A stretch of DNA of 60,000 bases, taken from contig NC_045697.1 of assembly GCF_009834535.1 (NCBI RefSeq), positions 25,918,001 through 25,978,000 on the forward strand, written 5' to 3'. A program made the position numbers and the translations under genes. The notes under the pieces were generated by a model. It did not search any database and was not told the origin of the DNA. It saw only the letters and a list, made by a program, of their open reading frames with translations. Positions 26,401 through 41,400 of this stretch are shown here, piece by piece; position 1 is the stretch's first letter, and the number at the start of each line of letters is the position of its first letter. This DNA is from Camelus ferus. Its lineage: Eukaryota.

Positions 26401-29400
26401 ACGTTTATAAAATTTTCATTGGCTAGGAGAAAAACAAAAGTTAAATATTGATTTCATAGGTACTCCTAGTTTTGACCAAAAATACATAACTAATAATATG
26501 AAATGTCCAATTACTGTATTTGCTGATGGAGTCACTCTAAACCTTGATTTTTTTTCCCTTCAGGCAGAGGGACATAATGTCCTGGTAGAAAGGACAATAG
26601 ATATCATACTAACAAGTTGCATATCGGTTTGGCCAGTGGAGGTGGGAGAGTGCTGGGGCGGGGGTATGTTTCACAGCTCCCACCTTGTTAGAGGAAGGAA
26701 GCAGATAAAAGAATAACACAGAAGTTTACTGCCATTTTACTTTAGAGGATGTTTCATCCAAATCCCTCAAACCGTCACAGAAGCCTGCTTTCCACTGCTG
26801 GGCTCCCCAATTTTCATGCAAGATGCTTTGTCTGGACCTTACAGAGTTGGATGCTTTCCCCACAGAAGGACACGCTCGCAACCCCCTAAAGAGGACTTGT
26901 ACAAATGTGTGAGGCATCGTTTTAATGCCCAGTCTTCCCACCCAGTTTGTGGGTAGAGCCAATGTACAGTTTGTCACCGACTGCTACTTCCTGCCCTTAA
27001 ACAATGTGAAGAAAGATTTTGCTCATATGTGATTGCTCTAAATCCGCTCAACATAACATTGCTGATCTTTTTTTTTTTTTTTCCAAAGATAAACAGCACT
27101 TAATGTATCCTTGCTTTGGGTTATCACTCAGGCCCACCTGCACAAAACCTTCCTTCATATTACAGCCTTTTAAGATCCTATTCTTGTCTGTTTTTATTCA
27201 GATAGCCAGTCCACTAGCATTCAAACAAGAGCTAAGTTATTATGTCCAGGTGTGGGTTTCAAGTATTTTGCAATGTGGAGAATTAGGGACATTTCAGAAT
27301 GTTAGGAAAAGGAAAAGGAAAAGGAAAATTGTCACCAGAAAGATAGTTTTTTTTACCTGAAAAGATGACTTTTACTTTCTAAAAGAAAAGAAGTCATGAG
27401 AACCTCCAATATATTTCATTTCAAGAACCTCTAATATATTTCATTTCATACTATTGACAGGACTTAGTTCATAAGCTCAATGTTTTCTTTATCTCAATGT
27501 TAAAATGAAAGACAAATAGAATTTCAGAGCTACAAGAGATTACACAGATTATCTGTCGGAGATTCTCAACATGACAGCCCTGACATTTGGGGCCAGTTTA
27601 CTCTTTGTGGTAAAGAACCTTCCTGTGTATGCTAGGATGTTCAGCAGCATCTCTGATCTCTAAACCACTAAATGCCAGCAGCACTGCCCCACTCAGTGTG
27701 ACAGTCAGAAATATCTCCAGACACTGCCATGTGTCCCCCAGGGGACAAAATTCCCTCCTGAGAACCATCGCTCTATGACTGGGATGCACGTAGCCTTCAT
27801 ATGGCTAGAGAGAATTCCTATTCCATTCCTTACATGTGTACAGAGGATGTGGTCAAAATCATACGTAGGAGTAACAAAGAAATTTAAAATAAGAACGTCT
27901 TTAAATGGCTAAATTTCCACTGCCAAGAGAATAGCTGTTCTGTTTCTTTAGATGTCAGTAAGACCAGCATCACCCAAGTTGCTATACGGCTTGCATTTTG
28001 TAAAAATGCTTTCCTGTAAGTATTAAGATATGAAAGGCAGAGTTATGGACTAAATGTTAATGTTTCTCTCCATTCTCATGTTGAAACCCTCCTACGCTGC
28101 ACAAGGAGGCGTTAGGAGGAGGGGTCTCTGAGAGGGAATTAGGATTAGATGAGGTCGTGAGGGTGGAGTCCTCATGAAAGGGATTAGTGCCCTTATTAGG
28201 GTCACAAGAGAGCTGGCTTCCCCTCTCTGCTCTCCACTCTGGGAGGATACAAACAGTCCCCAGTCTGCAACCTGCACTTGGCCATGCTGGCACCCTGACA
28301 TCGGACTTCTGGTCTCCAGGCTGCGAGAAATACACTTCTGTTGTTTACAAGACCCCCAGTCTATTGTAATTTGTGAGAGCAGCCAGAACAGACTAAAACA
28401 TTATGAAATCAGAAACATATCAGGTTAGTTCCAGTACAGTTAAGAGCTTGCTGACTTATGGCTACTAATTAGAGTCTGCGATCACACCAAGTAGCTTTAC
28501 AGCATTTAAGAGCTGTACCAACCTGCCCATCTTTTGTTTTTTCTTTTTTAATAATTAAAAGTAAAACCAATCTGTACTCAAATCCAATAATTAGTAAATA
28601 AATGTGTAATCTGGGAGCAAGTTACTTAATTTCTCTGAGGTTCTTCTCTTTCCTCAGTTGTAAAATTCAAATGACAATATAACTTACGGAAAAGTTAAAA
28701 AAAAAAGGTTTAAATGAGTTTTGGTGTGGAGAGAGCTTAGTTAATGATACACAGTTAATAAGCAGTAATGGTTATTAGCAATACAAATGACAAAAGTTGT
28801 GGTAAATTTCATCTTATAAAACCTGAGCCCTCTGCTTTTGGGATTGGTTGATAGCGCGGGCAGGAAACCTTTGTCTAATCTGTCAGTTAATGTCATCATA
28901 ACAGAAGAACCAAAGTTTCAGAATGAAAGTTTTCTGATGTCTCGTACCAGTTCAGAACCTGTCTCATATGGTTCCCTTGTGCTAGCTAACTTCTGATGTA
29001 ACTTGGCACGTGTACATGTCTTCCCCCACTTGGATGGCTAATGTCCTTACTGGAAGTGTTTTACTTTGTATGTTTCCCAATATTACTGCAAAATAGACGA
29101 GAATTATTATCATGCATTCTCAGAGCCTGCACTTCTTGAATGCCCAGAGAATTTTCAAATGTAAACATAATTCAAAAAGATGATTCACCGTCTATCTAAA
29201 AGTTAAAAAAACACGTAAGCATGGCAAAAAAAAAAAAAAAAGAAAAAAAGAAAAAAGAAAACCACACAACTAAACAAAACAAAAAACCAACTTAATGAGA
29301 TGAACAATTCCTTCCAAATCTTTAATTTGATACCATCAGCTTAACCAGCTACCACCACAGTGCCACCCACCAGGAAGATCTGGCTGTGGCACTTGGTTTA

Positions 29401-32400
29401 TATAGTCTTCTTTCTATTTTACAACAATATGTCAGTAGAGTCTACATTTACCTGTGCATTTTTTACATTTTCAAATAACACTTGTACCATAATAATTATC
29501 CTTTAGGCGACTGAATCTTCCATTGTAGTTGCAATGTGATTTAATAACACCTACCATTATACTGTTTAATTGTGTCAATGGTTAAGAATCTCTTCACCAC
29601 AAGATAAGCAGAGCCAGGTTCAGCTAACGAACTCCACCGAAGAACCTGTTCCAACACATTTTCTGTGTAGTGAAGAGGGCGCTCTGCAAAAAATAAAACC
29701 AAATCAATTTTTTCTAATTAAGATCTTTTAAAATTATACATAAAAAAATCCTTTTAGAAAGATCTGTACTTAACAATAGACATAACTGTAGCTTATGGTA
29801 CACAAGAATAGTTCTAGGACTATATACGAGAGACCCTAAGACTTGGAAAATCATTAAGCACATAGTAAGATTTACTGTATAAATGAATCTGTGCAGAGGC
29901 ATTTGTTTGTTACTCAACTGTTAAAAAAAAAAAATCAGAGGTGCTATCCTTTAGATAAAAATCTCAGATATAAAGCTACCTCTTTGTACAATGAATTAGT
30001 GAATTACTCTATTTTTTAATTTAGACATTCTGGTTTCCTTTATGGAAAGCTGCCTATTTGCATATACAATTAAATAATTGTAAAAGGACTCATAAAATTA
30101 ATCTTGTCCAGCACTAATAACATAAATTAATCCTTTGTTTATCCTAACAAAACTAGGGTAATTTCTCATCAATACTAGTGAACAACCTATATATAGTTGA
30201 TAAAGTTAACTTATATGAAATTATAAAATACAACACTCAATGAGAACATATGATACTCATTACCAAACATTACTGAGTAATCTCTGTTTAACTATTAGTG
30301 GAAATATCAATCAGAAACATATGTAATAATATCATACATTAAATGTTGATATAAAATAGTTCAAAAAGCAAGAAGCTAATCTTAAAGACATCTTAAAGAT
30401 TTCTTCTTGATAAATACTAATCCATATATACATTCTGTTTTCTGCAGTCATATATTTAAACGCATCAAAAGTTCTTAGCATAGAGTTAACAACAACAAAA
30501 AAAAGCCCATAGGTTTTTTAAAATTACTATCAGTTTCACAGGAAAGATTCTGCTGATCAAAATATGCCAATCAGTTAACACAATGTTACAATGGAAGCAT
30601 ATGCTAGGAAAAAGGAAATTCAAACCTTTTCAAAGTACACTGAAAACAGCATGATTGAAAGAGCAAGAACACAAGCTCTAACATGGAGATGTTGATGTAA
30701 CTTTCCTGGCACCACAGCCACATGTAAGTCAATTCAACACTTCCATCCCTTCCTACATGTAAAACACATAGTACTGGCGCTTTTTATTTTTGGTTAAAGT
30801 AGGAATGCTAATGACAAACAAGAAAAAGTATGTTAATATTACCACACTTGTATATGACCCATGCCACTTTGGTAATAAAATCACAAGTAAAAAATACCAA
30901 ATATATCACATCCTCCTTAATACTGATCTCCTCTATTCTGAATACATTATTCCAGAATTTATCAATAATCCCAGGTCCACAGAAGACAACAAGTTTTCTG
31001 CTTCCAGTGTAAATAACCAGATTTTTGCTCCCTATTCAGTGCAATGGAATGCAGTCGGGCATTCTGTGCACACTGGTGCAAACCTACTCATTACGATGGC
31101 AATTACAAACAACAACAACAGAGCAACCAGCCCAGACATCCTGGAGACAAACCTACTTCTTGTTTGTAAGTATACCTCCTGCACAAAGCAGAGTGCTGAG
31201 TACATAATAGATGCTCAATAAATACTTGAGAAATAAAATATCTTACGAATGTCTACGGTGACATATAAATTAACAGAAAATAGTTGTAAATGAATAAGGA
31301 GACAAAATATAATTCTTTATAAAATCAGACAAAATCTTTTGTGCTACATCAATCCTATTTTTTAAAAATAATTTTCTAAAAGGTTTAGCAAAAACCATAT
31401 TGTCCGTAATTTGCCAATGTCATAACTAAATTGTTGATTAACCCATAAATTGGTTATCTTCTATTAAGAGATGATAATTAGAATTCATTATTTTAATATA
31501 AAACTATAGAACAGGCACTATCTTTACATTTGTTATTGTATGTAATTCTTGATTCTACTACTTGCAAGCTCTAGGATACCACTGATCCCATTAACAGTTG
31601 CCATTGCTGGAATAACAATTATGTCTCAGATGTCATATACACTGGACATCTTACATCAGTTACTGCTTTTAATTTTTACAACACTCCTGATTACTGATTG
31701 TCATTATTTATATTTCACATGTAAAAGAACCCATGGATCAGAGAGGTTCAGACACTTGCCTAAAGTCAAACAGCTGGTTCAAATGAGGAACAGAGATATG
31801 AATTTCAAATCTGACTTTGAGCCCAATATCTTAACTACTACAACTTGGTTTTATTCTGTACAAATGTGTAGATCTCCCCATGATGATTTTTACACATGTA
31901 ATTTGAGGGGAAAAGTATCAACTCACCAAGGTATTTCTGAGGACTAAACAAGGTAATATAAGCAAAGTGAAAACTAACATGAGTTCACACTTTCCCCCTC
32001 ACTTTCCTATCCGTTGTGAAAGGATGGTCAGGGAATAGGACAATTTCAACGTCCTGCATGTAAAGAAACTGATGATACTGCAGTGGACTTGGAGGTGGGA
32101 CTGATATTCTTAACCGGAAAGCAGTATCTACATTGAAATAAAAGCTTATTCTCCTTTATTACAAGATTAAATTGGTAATGAGACCTCCAAATATCGGAAA
32201 GAGCTCCACTATTACAAACAGATACAATAGTGAAAGCTCTAAAGTGTTCTTAGTTATACTGAAACAAATCACAGAGGCAAACAGAGATTTGCAAAAAATC
32301 AGTCAGGTATGTTTTTCACACCAGTATCAAAGTTCGAAATACTTTAGGAGAATGAAAATCCTGAAGATCCAGGTTGCTGCATAAAAATAGAGCTGAAAAT

Positions 32401-35400
32401 GGGATGAAAACATAAATTTGTTAGACTGTCAAATCATACAATTATAAAAGAGGTTAGGGATGGGAAAAACTGAGTCATCAAACACTGTTGGAATAAAAAT
32501 TCTTATTTGTTTATTTACAAATTTTTATTAATAATTACACTTACAACCATCTGTCATGATGGATTATATGGATCTAAGTCAGCTGACATTAGGACATTAC
32601 TAGAAATAAACAACTAGTTTGCATACTCTAGCATAACAACTGCTGAAAATGCAGTGTAGTTATTTAAGAAGAGGGTATGGAGGTGCTTTTTTAGCTAGAT
32701 AAGTCATGTTATCAGTAGTTTAAAATCTTGTTCACAGAATTAAACCTGGCCTCCTTTGTTAAATAGAGACCTATTCATTTCCACCTGAAATAACAGGTGC
32801 TTTCCTTCAACTTTTGGCAGTAATGACACAGGATTTCCAGAGCCAAGTATGACTTCCTTAATAATTACATTTTTAGTGCCAAGCCTAGAGGTGTATGCCT
32901 TTCTCTGTCCTCTTCACATACTCAAAGGGTGGCAGCATTTGCGTCAATCAAGAGAAGGGCTAGAAAGACCTTGATTAAAAATGAACTGATCTTCCATGTC
33001 ATAGCAGCTATGAGGAGAAACAAGGAAACCTTTCATTGCTTTGTAAAAAGTAACTGCTTCACAAACCGGAACCTCTCTGTGAATAAGCCGACTTAAATGA
33101 GGCCCCTCTGGCAGTGATGTTTTTTCAGCATGTGAAGTACCTAAAGGGTACACTGGCAGAGGACAGGTTCATTTTTAAGGTGAAGCATTAAAACAACAAA
33201 GTACTTTAGATGTATGATGAAGGTGGTATCTCCTCTTAGGATAAGGTGGGTTTCAGCTTGTCCTGATGACTGGTGGCAGTGGGTCAAGGATGCCCGGCAT
33301 TTTTCAAAGAATGAGACAAAAAAAAAAAAAAAAAAAAAGACTTGTTCTCTACCTAGTATAAATTTCCCATGTCCCTCAGACATTCATTTAGAAGGAAAAC
33401 TTCAAAACTAACTGATCTAATTGAGCTTAGACTTATAAACTGTGGAATTCTGTTATAGCAGGCTGTGGTTCACCATTTCACCCATGATGGCAATTCTGCT
33501 GATGATAAATGAGTCCCAAGTTGACATGCTTGTATCAGTCTGAATTTATAGCTGTCACCTCCATGATAATTCCACTTATAGGTTTCAGGATCTATTTTCA
33601 TTATTTTTGACCATACAGGAGTGTCTGAGCATTTATATTTTATAATATATATTTTCCTTTTAGTTATTTTTATAAGTAGGTTATAACATTATTTAATGGG
33701 TATAATAGCATATCTCAGGTGAGCAAAGGGAACGAACAAAATACTTACTATACAAAGGGGGCATTGGAAATGACAGGGTAGAGAACGACTGCTTTAAAAT
33801 TTACAAGCACTTAAAATAAAACCCAGCACTTGTGGTTCAGTTACTTATTTATCCGTTAATTTATTTATTTATGTTGGGGTTACTTGGAGGATTTCTATTT
33901 ACATTAGAAAAAGCCCCAATTCCCTGCTGATGTCCTTCCTACCAACTATAATCCTGTGACTACCAACGCCTTCACTTTTATCTTCTTTTCACATTTCACT
34001 TTATCTTCCCTGCATGTTACTAGAAATAAAGCTTTTAACATTTCAGAAGGTCAGGTGGAACACAGAGGTTCCATCTGCTTCAGTAAGCCAACATAATCAG
34101 ACCCCTTTGTTCCTTTCTTAGCTTTGTTCCTCTCAAAGCGGTAAAGATAATCTTAGTTTTCTCTTCTGGTGATTTCAACTTGAACGGTTGATCAAACATT
34201 AAAACCATGCCAAAAGTGAGTTCTTAACTCCCTCAAATGTATTCTTTCTTGATGTACATGGGGTGTTCCTTTACATATTTAGACATTCACAAGTCAAAAC
34301 AACTTGAGGTCTCCTAGTCTTTTTATATCTTCATCAAGATAGCTTTTTTAAATTAGCAAGAAAGAATCAAAAAAAAAAAAAAAAAAAAAACCACCCAACT
34401 TTAAGCTTACCATTTGTGATGTACTGATTGGCACATGCAAGTTGATAATTAGTCATTTTCAGGGTGGGCATCCTTTCATTTTCCCAGATGAAATCTAAAA
34501 ATAGTGTTTCCAGATATACTGCAGTCTCTCCTCTAGCTACACATAATTCCTTCCCAACCTCATCCATTCTGCTTGCCCCTCTCAGTTCAGGCCAGAGTAC
34601 CAATGCCCAGAGGCACAGAGCTCCAATCCTGTGACACAAGGATACGTTCTGACTCAACCCTTGAGAAAACAAGGGTGGCAGGGAGAGGATGTCTGCCCCC
34701 AAATGAATCCACTATTCATTTTTCTGCTCTGGATCTCCTACAGACACAACAGAAACAGAAGCAGGAGACAACCAGCTGTCCAAGAGCTAACTCGGGCCTT
34801 GAGATCTCCTAGTGGTTCCTCATCTACACGCAGGAATCATTTTTCATGTGGCATACACATTTGGACACATCTACCCAAGGAGTAGCAATCCCAGTCGCTC
34901 AGGTTCAAATGCACCCGTATCTTGTTCCATCTCAGTTAGCAAGGTACTTGAAAGGTATGTTACACATCAACGCACTATGCTAGGGGTAGTGAGAGACGTG
35001 AAGGTCTAAAACATGTAGAAAATGTAAGTCCTAAAAACACAGAATCTAGGAGCCAGATCACTATTCTACAAGTCAGATTAGTATGCAGTATTATATAGAT
35101 CCTTATGCAAATAATCCGAAAAAGATGAATGAGAACTATGTTCACCTAATTATCATCATGGAGGAAGGGGCTTTGAGCTGGATCTCGAAGGATGGATTAT
35201 GAGGAAATAATGAAAGGCTATGTATGTATGCAGGTATGTGCTGAAATATAGTTGCTTTACAATATTATATTAGTTATATTAGTTTCACGTGTATAACATA
35301 GTGATTTAATATTTTTACAGATCATACTTTAAAGTTATTACAAAATAATGGCTACATTTCTCTATGCTATACAATATATCCTTGTTGCTTATTTATTTTA

Positions 35401-38400
35401 TACACAGTAGTTTGTATCTCTTAATCCCCTACCCCTGTCTTGTCCCTCTTCTTTCTCCCCACTGGTGTCCACTAGTTTGTTCTCTATACCTGTGTGTCTG
35501 TTTCTGTTTTGTTATATATATTCTTTTGCTTTATTTTTCAGATTCCACATATAAGTGATAAGAGCATTTGTCTTTCTCTGACTTATTCACTAAGGATAAT
35601 ACCCTCTAGGTCCATCCACATTGTTGCAAATAGCAGAATTTCATTATTTTTTATTACTGAGTAATATTCCATTGTGTATACACATCTTCTTTGTCTATTC
35701 ATCTGCTGATGGACACTTAGGTTGCTTCCATCTACTATGAACATTGGGGTGCATGTGTCCTTTCCAATTAGTGTTTTGGAGGTTTTTCTGGATATATACC
35801 TAGAATTGGGATTGCTGGGTCATATGGTAGTTCTGTTTTTAGTTTTTGGAGGAACCTCCATACCGTTTTCCAGAGTGGCTGCACCAATTTACATTCCCAC
35901 CAACAGTGTACTTACGGTGCCCTTTTCTCCACATTCTCATCAACATTTGTTGTTTGTAGACTTTTTGATGGTAGCCATTCTGACAGGTGTCAGATAATAT
36001 CTCATTGTGGTTTTGATTTGTATTTTTCTGATGATTACCAATATTGAGCATCTTTCCATGTGCCAGTTGGTCATCTGTATATAACCTCTTTGGAAAAATG
36101 TCTGTTTGGGTCTTCTGCCTGTTTTTCAACCGGGTTATTTTTTCAGTATTGGGCTGTATGAGCTGTTTATACATTTTAGATATTAACCCCTTATTGGTCA
36201 TATCATTTACAAATATTTTCTCCCATTCAGTAGGTTATTTTTGTTTGTTTGTTTTCTCAATGGTTTCCTTTGCTGTGCACAGTTTTTAAGTTTAATTAGA
36301 TCTCATTTATTTATTTTTGGTTTGTTTCTTTTGCCTTGGGAGACAGATCCAAAAACTATTGCCACAATTTATACAGAAGAGTGTTCTGCCCATGCTCTCT
36401 TCTAGGAGTTTCATGGTTTCAGGTCTTACACTTAAGTCTTTAATCCATTTTAAGTTTATTTTTGCATATGATGTGAGAAAATGTTTTAATTTTATTCTTT
36501 CAAATGTGGCTGTCCAGTTTTCCCAGCACAGCTTATTGAATAGACTGTCTTTTCTCCAAAAATGGATGGGTTTTAAATGGTGGAACCATTTGATCCTATC
36601 TGTGATTTAGAAAGGTAACTCTGGCAGTAATGCTGACAGTTATCTTTTACTCACAAATATGGTAAAACTGGTAACCCAGCTGCTTTCCTTAACATTAAAC
36701 AACAGAAATCAAGACTCTACCACCATTGAACCATATAGTAATACAAAATTGTGCTTCACTTATGCAAAAGATTTTAATTGCATGGCAATTATGTACCAGG
36801 CCCTGTGCCAGACACTAAAGACAGGAAAAAAGTGAGTTCCTCCTTCCTTCTAAAGAGCTCTCATCAAGAAATACAAAAATAAATCTAAGTGATAGGCACT
36901 ATAGAAAAATATAAGCCAGAATGCAATGGAACCTTTAGTCTGGGTTTTAACGGAAGTAAACAGGTGGGTCAGATGGGGGAAGAATAAAAGTGCATTCGGG
37001 AAACACCCCACTCACACATCAGTCAAGCACAAGAGTAGAAGTGATTGTCTATAAAGAACATGTAAAATGAGAGAAGATGGTGAGAGATCAGAGCAGCAGC
37101 AACCCACTGGAGAGGGGACAGACACAGGAAGAAGAATTGACAAATGAGACAAAATGATTCGAGCACCAGGAGGAGAATCCAGGCAGCAATGAAAACTGAG
37201 TGAACACCTTCAAAGACAAAGGACAGCATCATTAACAATAGATGGCACGGTAAGGGCAAGGCAAGTAGAGCCGGAAGCAAATCCACTGGACGTGGTGGTG
37301 GGGGGTTGCAAGAGTGATTAGCCAGAGCATCTTTTGTGAGTGGGGCAGACGGAGCCTGACTGTGGGGTGACAGTGTGAACTGACATCAAAGGACCAGGGT
37401 CACTGAATCTTGGCAATGAAAACTGAAAAGCAATGTTTTTATACAAATTAGATTTTTAAAGAATTGTGCATGATAAAAAGAAACAGAAAACCAAGATGGA
37501 ATAACGAAGGACAAAGTATTTGATAATCCCATTCCATTCTAACACTGATTACAACACTCCTCATAATACATGATGAGGCAGTTTAACATCCAGTTTTAAT
37601 TTTTACCTTGAGCTTGCAGGTGGCAAGATTTTACATTTGGCAGTTTGACAGCTATACTTGAAAGGGTCCCAAAACCTTAGTAGGTATCAGCAAGACAGAT
37701 GGTCAAGGTACAAAGACATCCTGCATCTAATTTTTTTTTCTTTCCTAGAGGTCTTTAAAACCAAATGGTGTCATTAGAATGTTAGGCTTCTTACTACTGG
37801 GGTAGTCAAGGTGTTTTAAAAGCTCTCTTTATCCTACATCTGAGAGAAAAGATGACAAAATATTTGATCCACTCCACTAAAGATAGGTGAAAAAGAAAAA
37901 TAAAAAAAAACAAAAAATAAGCTCCTGCTAGGCTTAAAACAAAATTTTGTTTTTAAAATAATAATCCTTTAAATCAGCATTCTCGTTCTTGTTAAAAAAG
38001 CAGCACACAGGAATTAGGTGAAATAGTGGATGATGGTGGTGACATTTAGGGTGTTGTTACAAATCAAATTGTGTGTTCTTGTAAATAAGGCCTTATTTCC
38101 TGAGGCAGCAACATACATGCCCAACGCTTTGCACTATGTTTATAGTCAATAAAACAGTCTAATTACTTTGATGAGTAAAATCACAGGAGGGCAACCGCCA
38201 GTGGCGCTAACATAGATCAACACATGTGCTGAGGAAGAAGGGGATTCATAATGAGAGGTTAAGCTTTAGAAGAACATACAATGTAATGACTTGTCGCAAA
38301 AACAGTATTTCTTCATACTATCAGGAACTGAAGAACGCTGGGCGTGAAAATCACTTACCTAGCTCTTCATTTTCTATCACTTCAAATGTGGCCCAGAGAT

Positions 38401-41400
38401 CATCTTTCGTAGGAATTATATTTTTTATTGCTAATATGTCACTAGTTAATTCTTCTGCTTCCATCACGGGAGATATCTGCAAGGGAAGCAACACTGCTTC
38501 AGGACACGTGTCAGATGCAGAGCGGCCTTGGGCTAGGCGGTAACACTCCCCCACCGCCATCTCAACATACTCCAAGTGTCTTCTTAGTACGTGTAACTAG
38601 CTTCTCTAAGCACATGGAAGGAACAGCCTATTCAGATGTTCTCCATACATTTTCATGTGAGTGTAAAAGAAAAATCATCAGCTAAGGAACTTTTTTTCCC
38701 CACCTAGTGAAAAGTGAGATCACGCAAAAGAGAAGAAGGTACCTGTTCAGAGAGACCTTCAATAGACAGCAGATGGATCCAATGATCTTGTAGGAGTAAA
38801 ACTTTTCACTCGCCAGTTCTATCATTAGGAGTTTAAAGCGGCTTGGTTTATTCAGCCCAGACCCTCAGTCATACACAATTGACTGCTGTCTGCTGTGACA
38901 AAATGCCCCAGGGTTTTAGTGGTCTGTGACGTGCCCAGCCATGCCAAGTGACAGATGGTGGGGTACCAAAGTATGCTCGAGCCAGGACTTCAGGGCACAG
39001 GGCAGAGTCTGCCGTGTCAGCCTGGGGGCCAGCTCTGCGAGGGTCCCAAAGCCTTGGGCCACAGCACAGGCCCGTCCACCTTCTTCAGGGACTTTTGGGA
39101 TTTTGATTTGTTTCTTCCTACTTTTGTTTTTACCAGTCTTAAGGGCATGCTGGCCAAAAGCAAGCTGGCTTTCTTCAATTAGAATTTAGTTTTAATGTTT
39201 AACAGTCAGAAGTGATTTAAGCATTAGAATATTGCAACTGCAACCCAGTTTATGTCTTTTCAGTAAAAGTATACACCTAGTAAAAAATTTCTTAGAAAAG
39301 GAATATGTTCATTTCCATTTCTCCTGTCCATTACTGATCATAAGCATCCTGCAAATATATAAATACCATAAAACATTTTCCACTACAGGTAACTCACACA
39401 GTCTATCTCTTGAATTCTATGGAATTTATTGCTCTCTTTGGAATACATTAATGACACAGTGAAGTCCATGGCTTTCTACTTAGAAAAGCCCAATGTAGTA
39501 CAACCATAAAAGAAAAAACAAAATAGCATCTGGGAACTGTAGAGGACTTTAAGCAGTAGAAACATCAGTAGATGAATCATTTCAGTGATAATTGTCATCT
39601 GAATGACTTTACAATTTTTTAAGAAGTGTAGTCCTTTCCTAAAATAATAAATTACTAAGAAGCTAAACTAGTGAAAAGTCTAGGTTACAAGGGTGGGGAT
39701 TAATAATAGTAGTACTACTAGTTATTTATCAAACACTTATGTACTGAGCAGTTTGCTAAGTGTTTTACATGCAGTATCTTGTTGGGTCCTCACGTCGATG
39801 CTATGATGTAAATACTGAAATTTCCTCACATTTTATAGGTATGAAGGCTGAGGCTCTGGTGGAGTAAGTTGCCTAATGTTAAGAAGGAGGAACGGGAGGA
39901 GGAAGTATTAGAACTCAGGTTGTTTTCCAGAACCTACAGAACATCCTAACATAACCTAACAAATACAGGATAGTCTCTCTCCAAATGACTAAAACACGGG
40001 ATTCCTGGAGGATATTGGTATAAAGAAGCAAACTTGTCACGATTTGAATCGGACACGTAGAATAAAATGTAAGCAGCAATGGGAAATTCAAGATATGCAA
40101 ACTAATGCTAACACTTATGACTTCTAATAGTACTCTTTACATTCATCCTTAGGACTCACTCGAATTATAATACTGCAGTCAGGCTCCTTCCTTTCTACGT
40201 ACACTTCAATTAACAAATCTCCAGCCTGGGAAACCTAGAAAAGGGCAGATGTGAAGACGGCAAATTTAAGTATGTTGCAAGAGCACATAAATGATATACT
40301 CAAGACAGTTAGAAAGTCCTAGTCATATTTCTAAAGATTTTTATAATAATGAAATGAAATCAGTCCTCCTGTTAACAGCATAATGATACCTATTTTCCAG
40401 ATGTGGTTGATTAAGGACAAGGAAGCTACCCAAATGATGTAATCTGCAACCACAATCACAAAAAGTATATTTAGCAAAGCAAATTAAAAGTGAAGTGACA
40501 GAATAAGGAGATACTAAAGATAAGTTTCAATTTTAATTATCTTTAGCCAAGCAGCAAGTGCTGGATTACTTGGGACACTATTCTACCCAAGACGACAGAC
40601 TCCGTGACGAATACACAGGCCAGAAAATAAAAAGCATAAGATATCACCGTGTAGATTGACAGTATCATATGGAGCAGATCAACAAAGGAACGAATGAATC
40701 TATGAAAAATATTCTGAATAGCTTTTTCCAGAAATTCCCTTAAGTTATGTAACCACTCAGAAATAATATCTGTCGTTTATTTTTTAAAAAAGATCATAAA
40801 TGAGGAACAACCATTCCGAAGTTAAGTTTACCTCAGAATAAAACCTGATGAGTAAATTTCTGGGGAAAACATTAAAAATGTACTTTGAAGAAGTGTTCTT
40901 AGTTATTCTGACACTACAGGCTTAGAAAAACATACTTCTAGTTTTTCTTCCTCAGTTTTGAAGCTACACAAAAATTCTAGGGAAGAAAAGATACAGTTGA
41001 CAGTTTTACTTTTCCTTGTGTTTGCATAAACAACTCTCCAGGGAAGACACATTTTAAAAGTTAAAAAAGCAAACACGAAGAACTCATAGAGTGCAGCCAA
41101 AAACGAGAATAGCTCAGAAATTCAAACAGGAATAAGACATAGAGACTGTCAGAAAAATACTTCAGAGGAGAGTTTTGAATGGATTAGAGAAAAACTCCAG
41201 CCAAAGAACAGCTTTCTTCCAAACTCTTCTATTTTTCTCTCCCAATTACTCTATTTTATAGGCAATTCTTATTTTTACTTCTACTTAATCAGAAAGCATT
41301 CAAGACTCATTTATTGTAGTATGAATACAAATGATCAAACTGCAGAATGGTATTCATAATTTATCCAATAACAATATAGATAGTGTTGCCAAAGATTATC

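Noticed and set aside
30790..31221. 143-aa plus-strand ORF
   Set aside because: AT-rich intronic sequence, non-ATG start, no recognisable homology or splice context
38477..38575. In-frame upstream extension of exon ~26 (MEYVEMAV…LLPLQ)
   Set aside because: A strong acceptor at 38476 explains the junction; the extension is read-through intron
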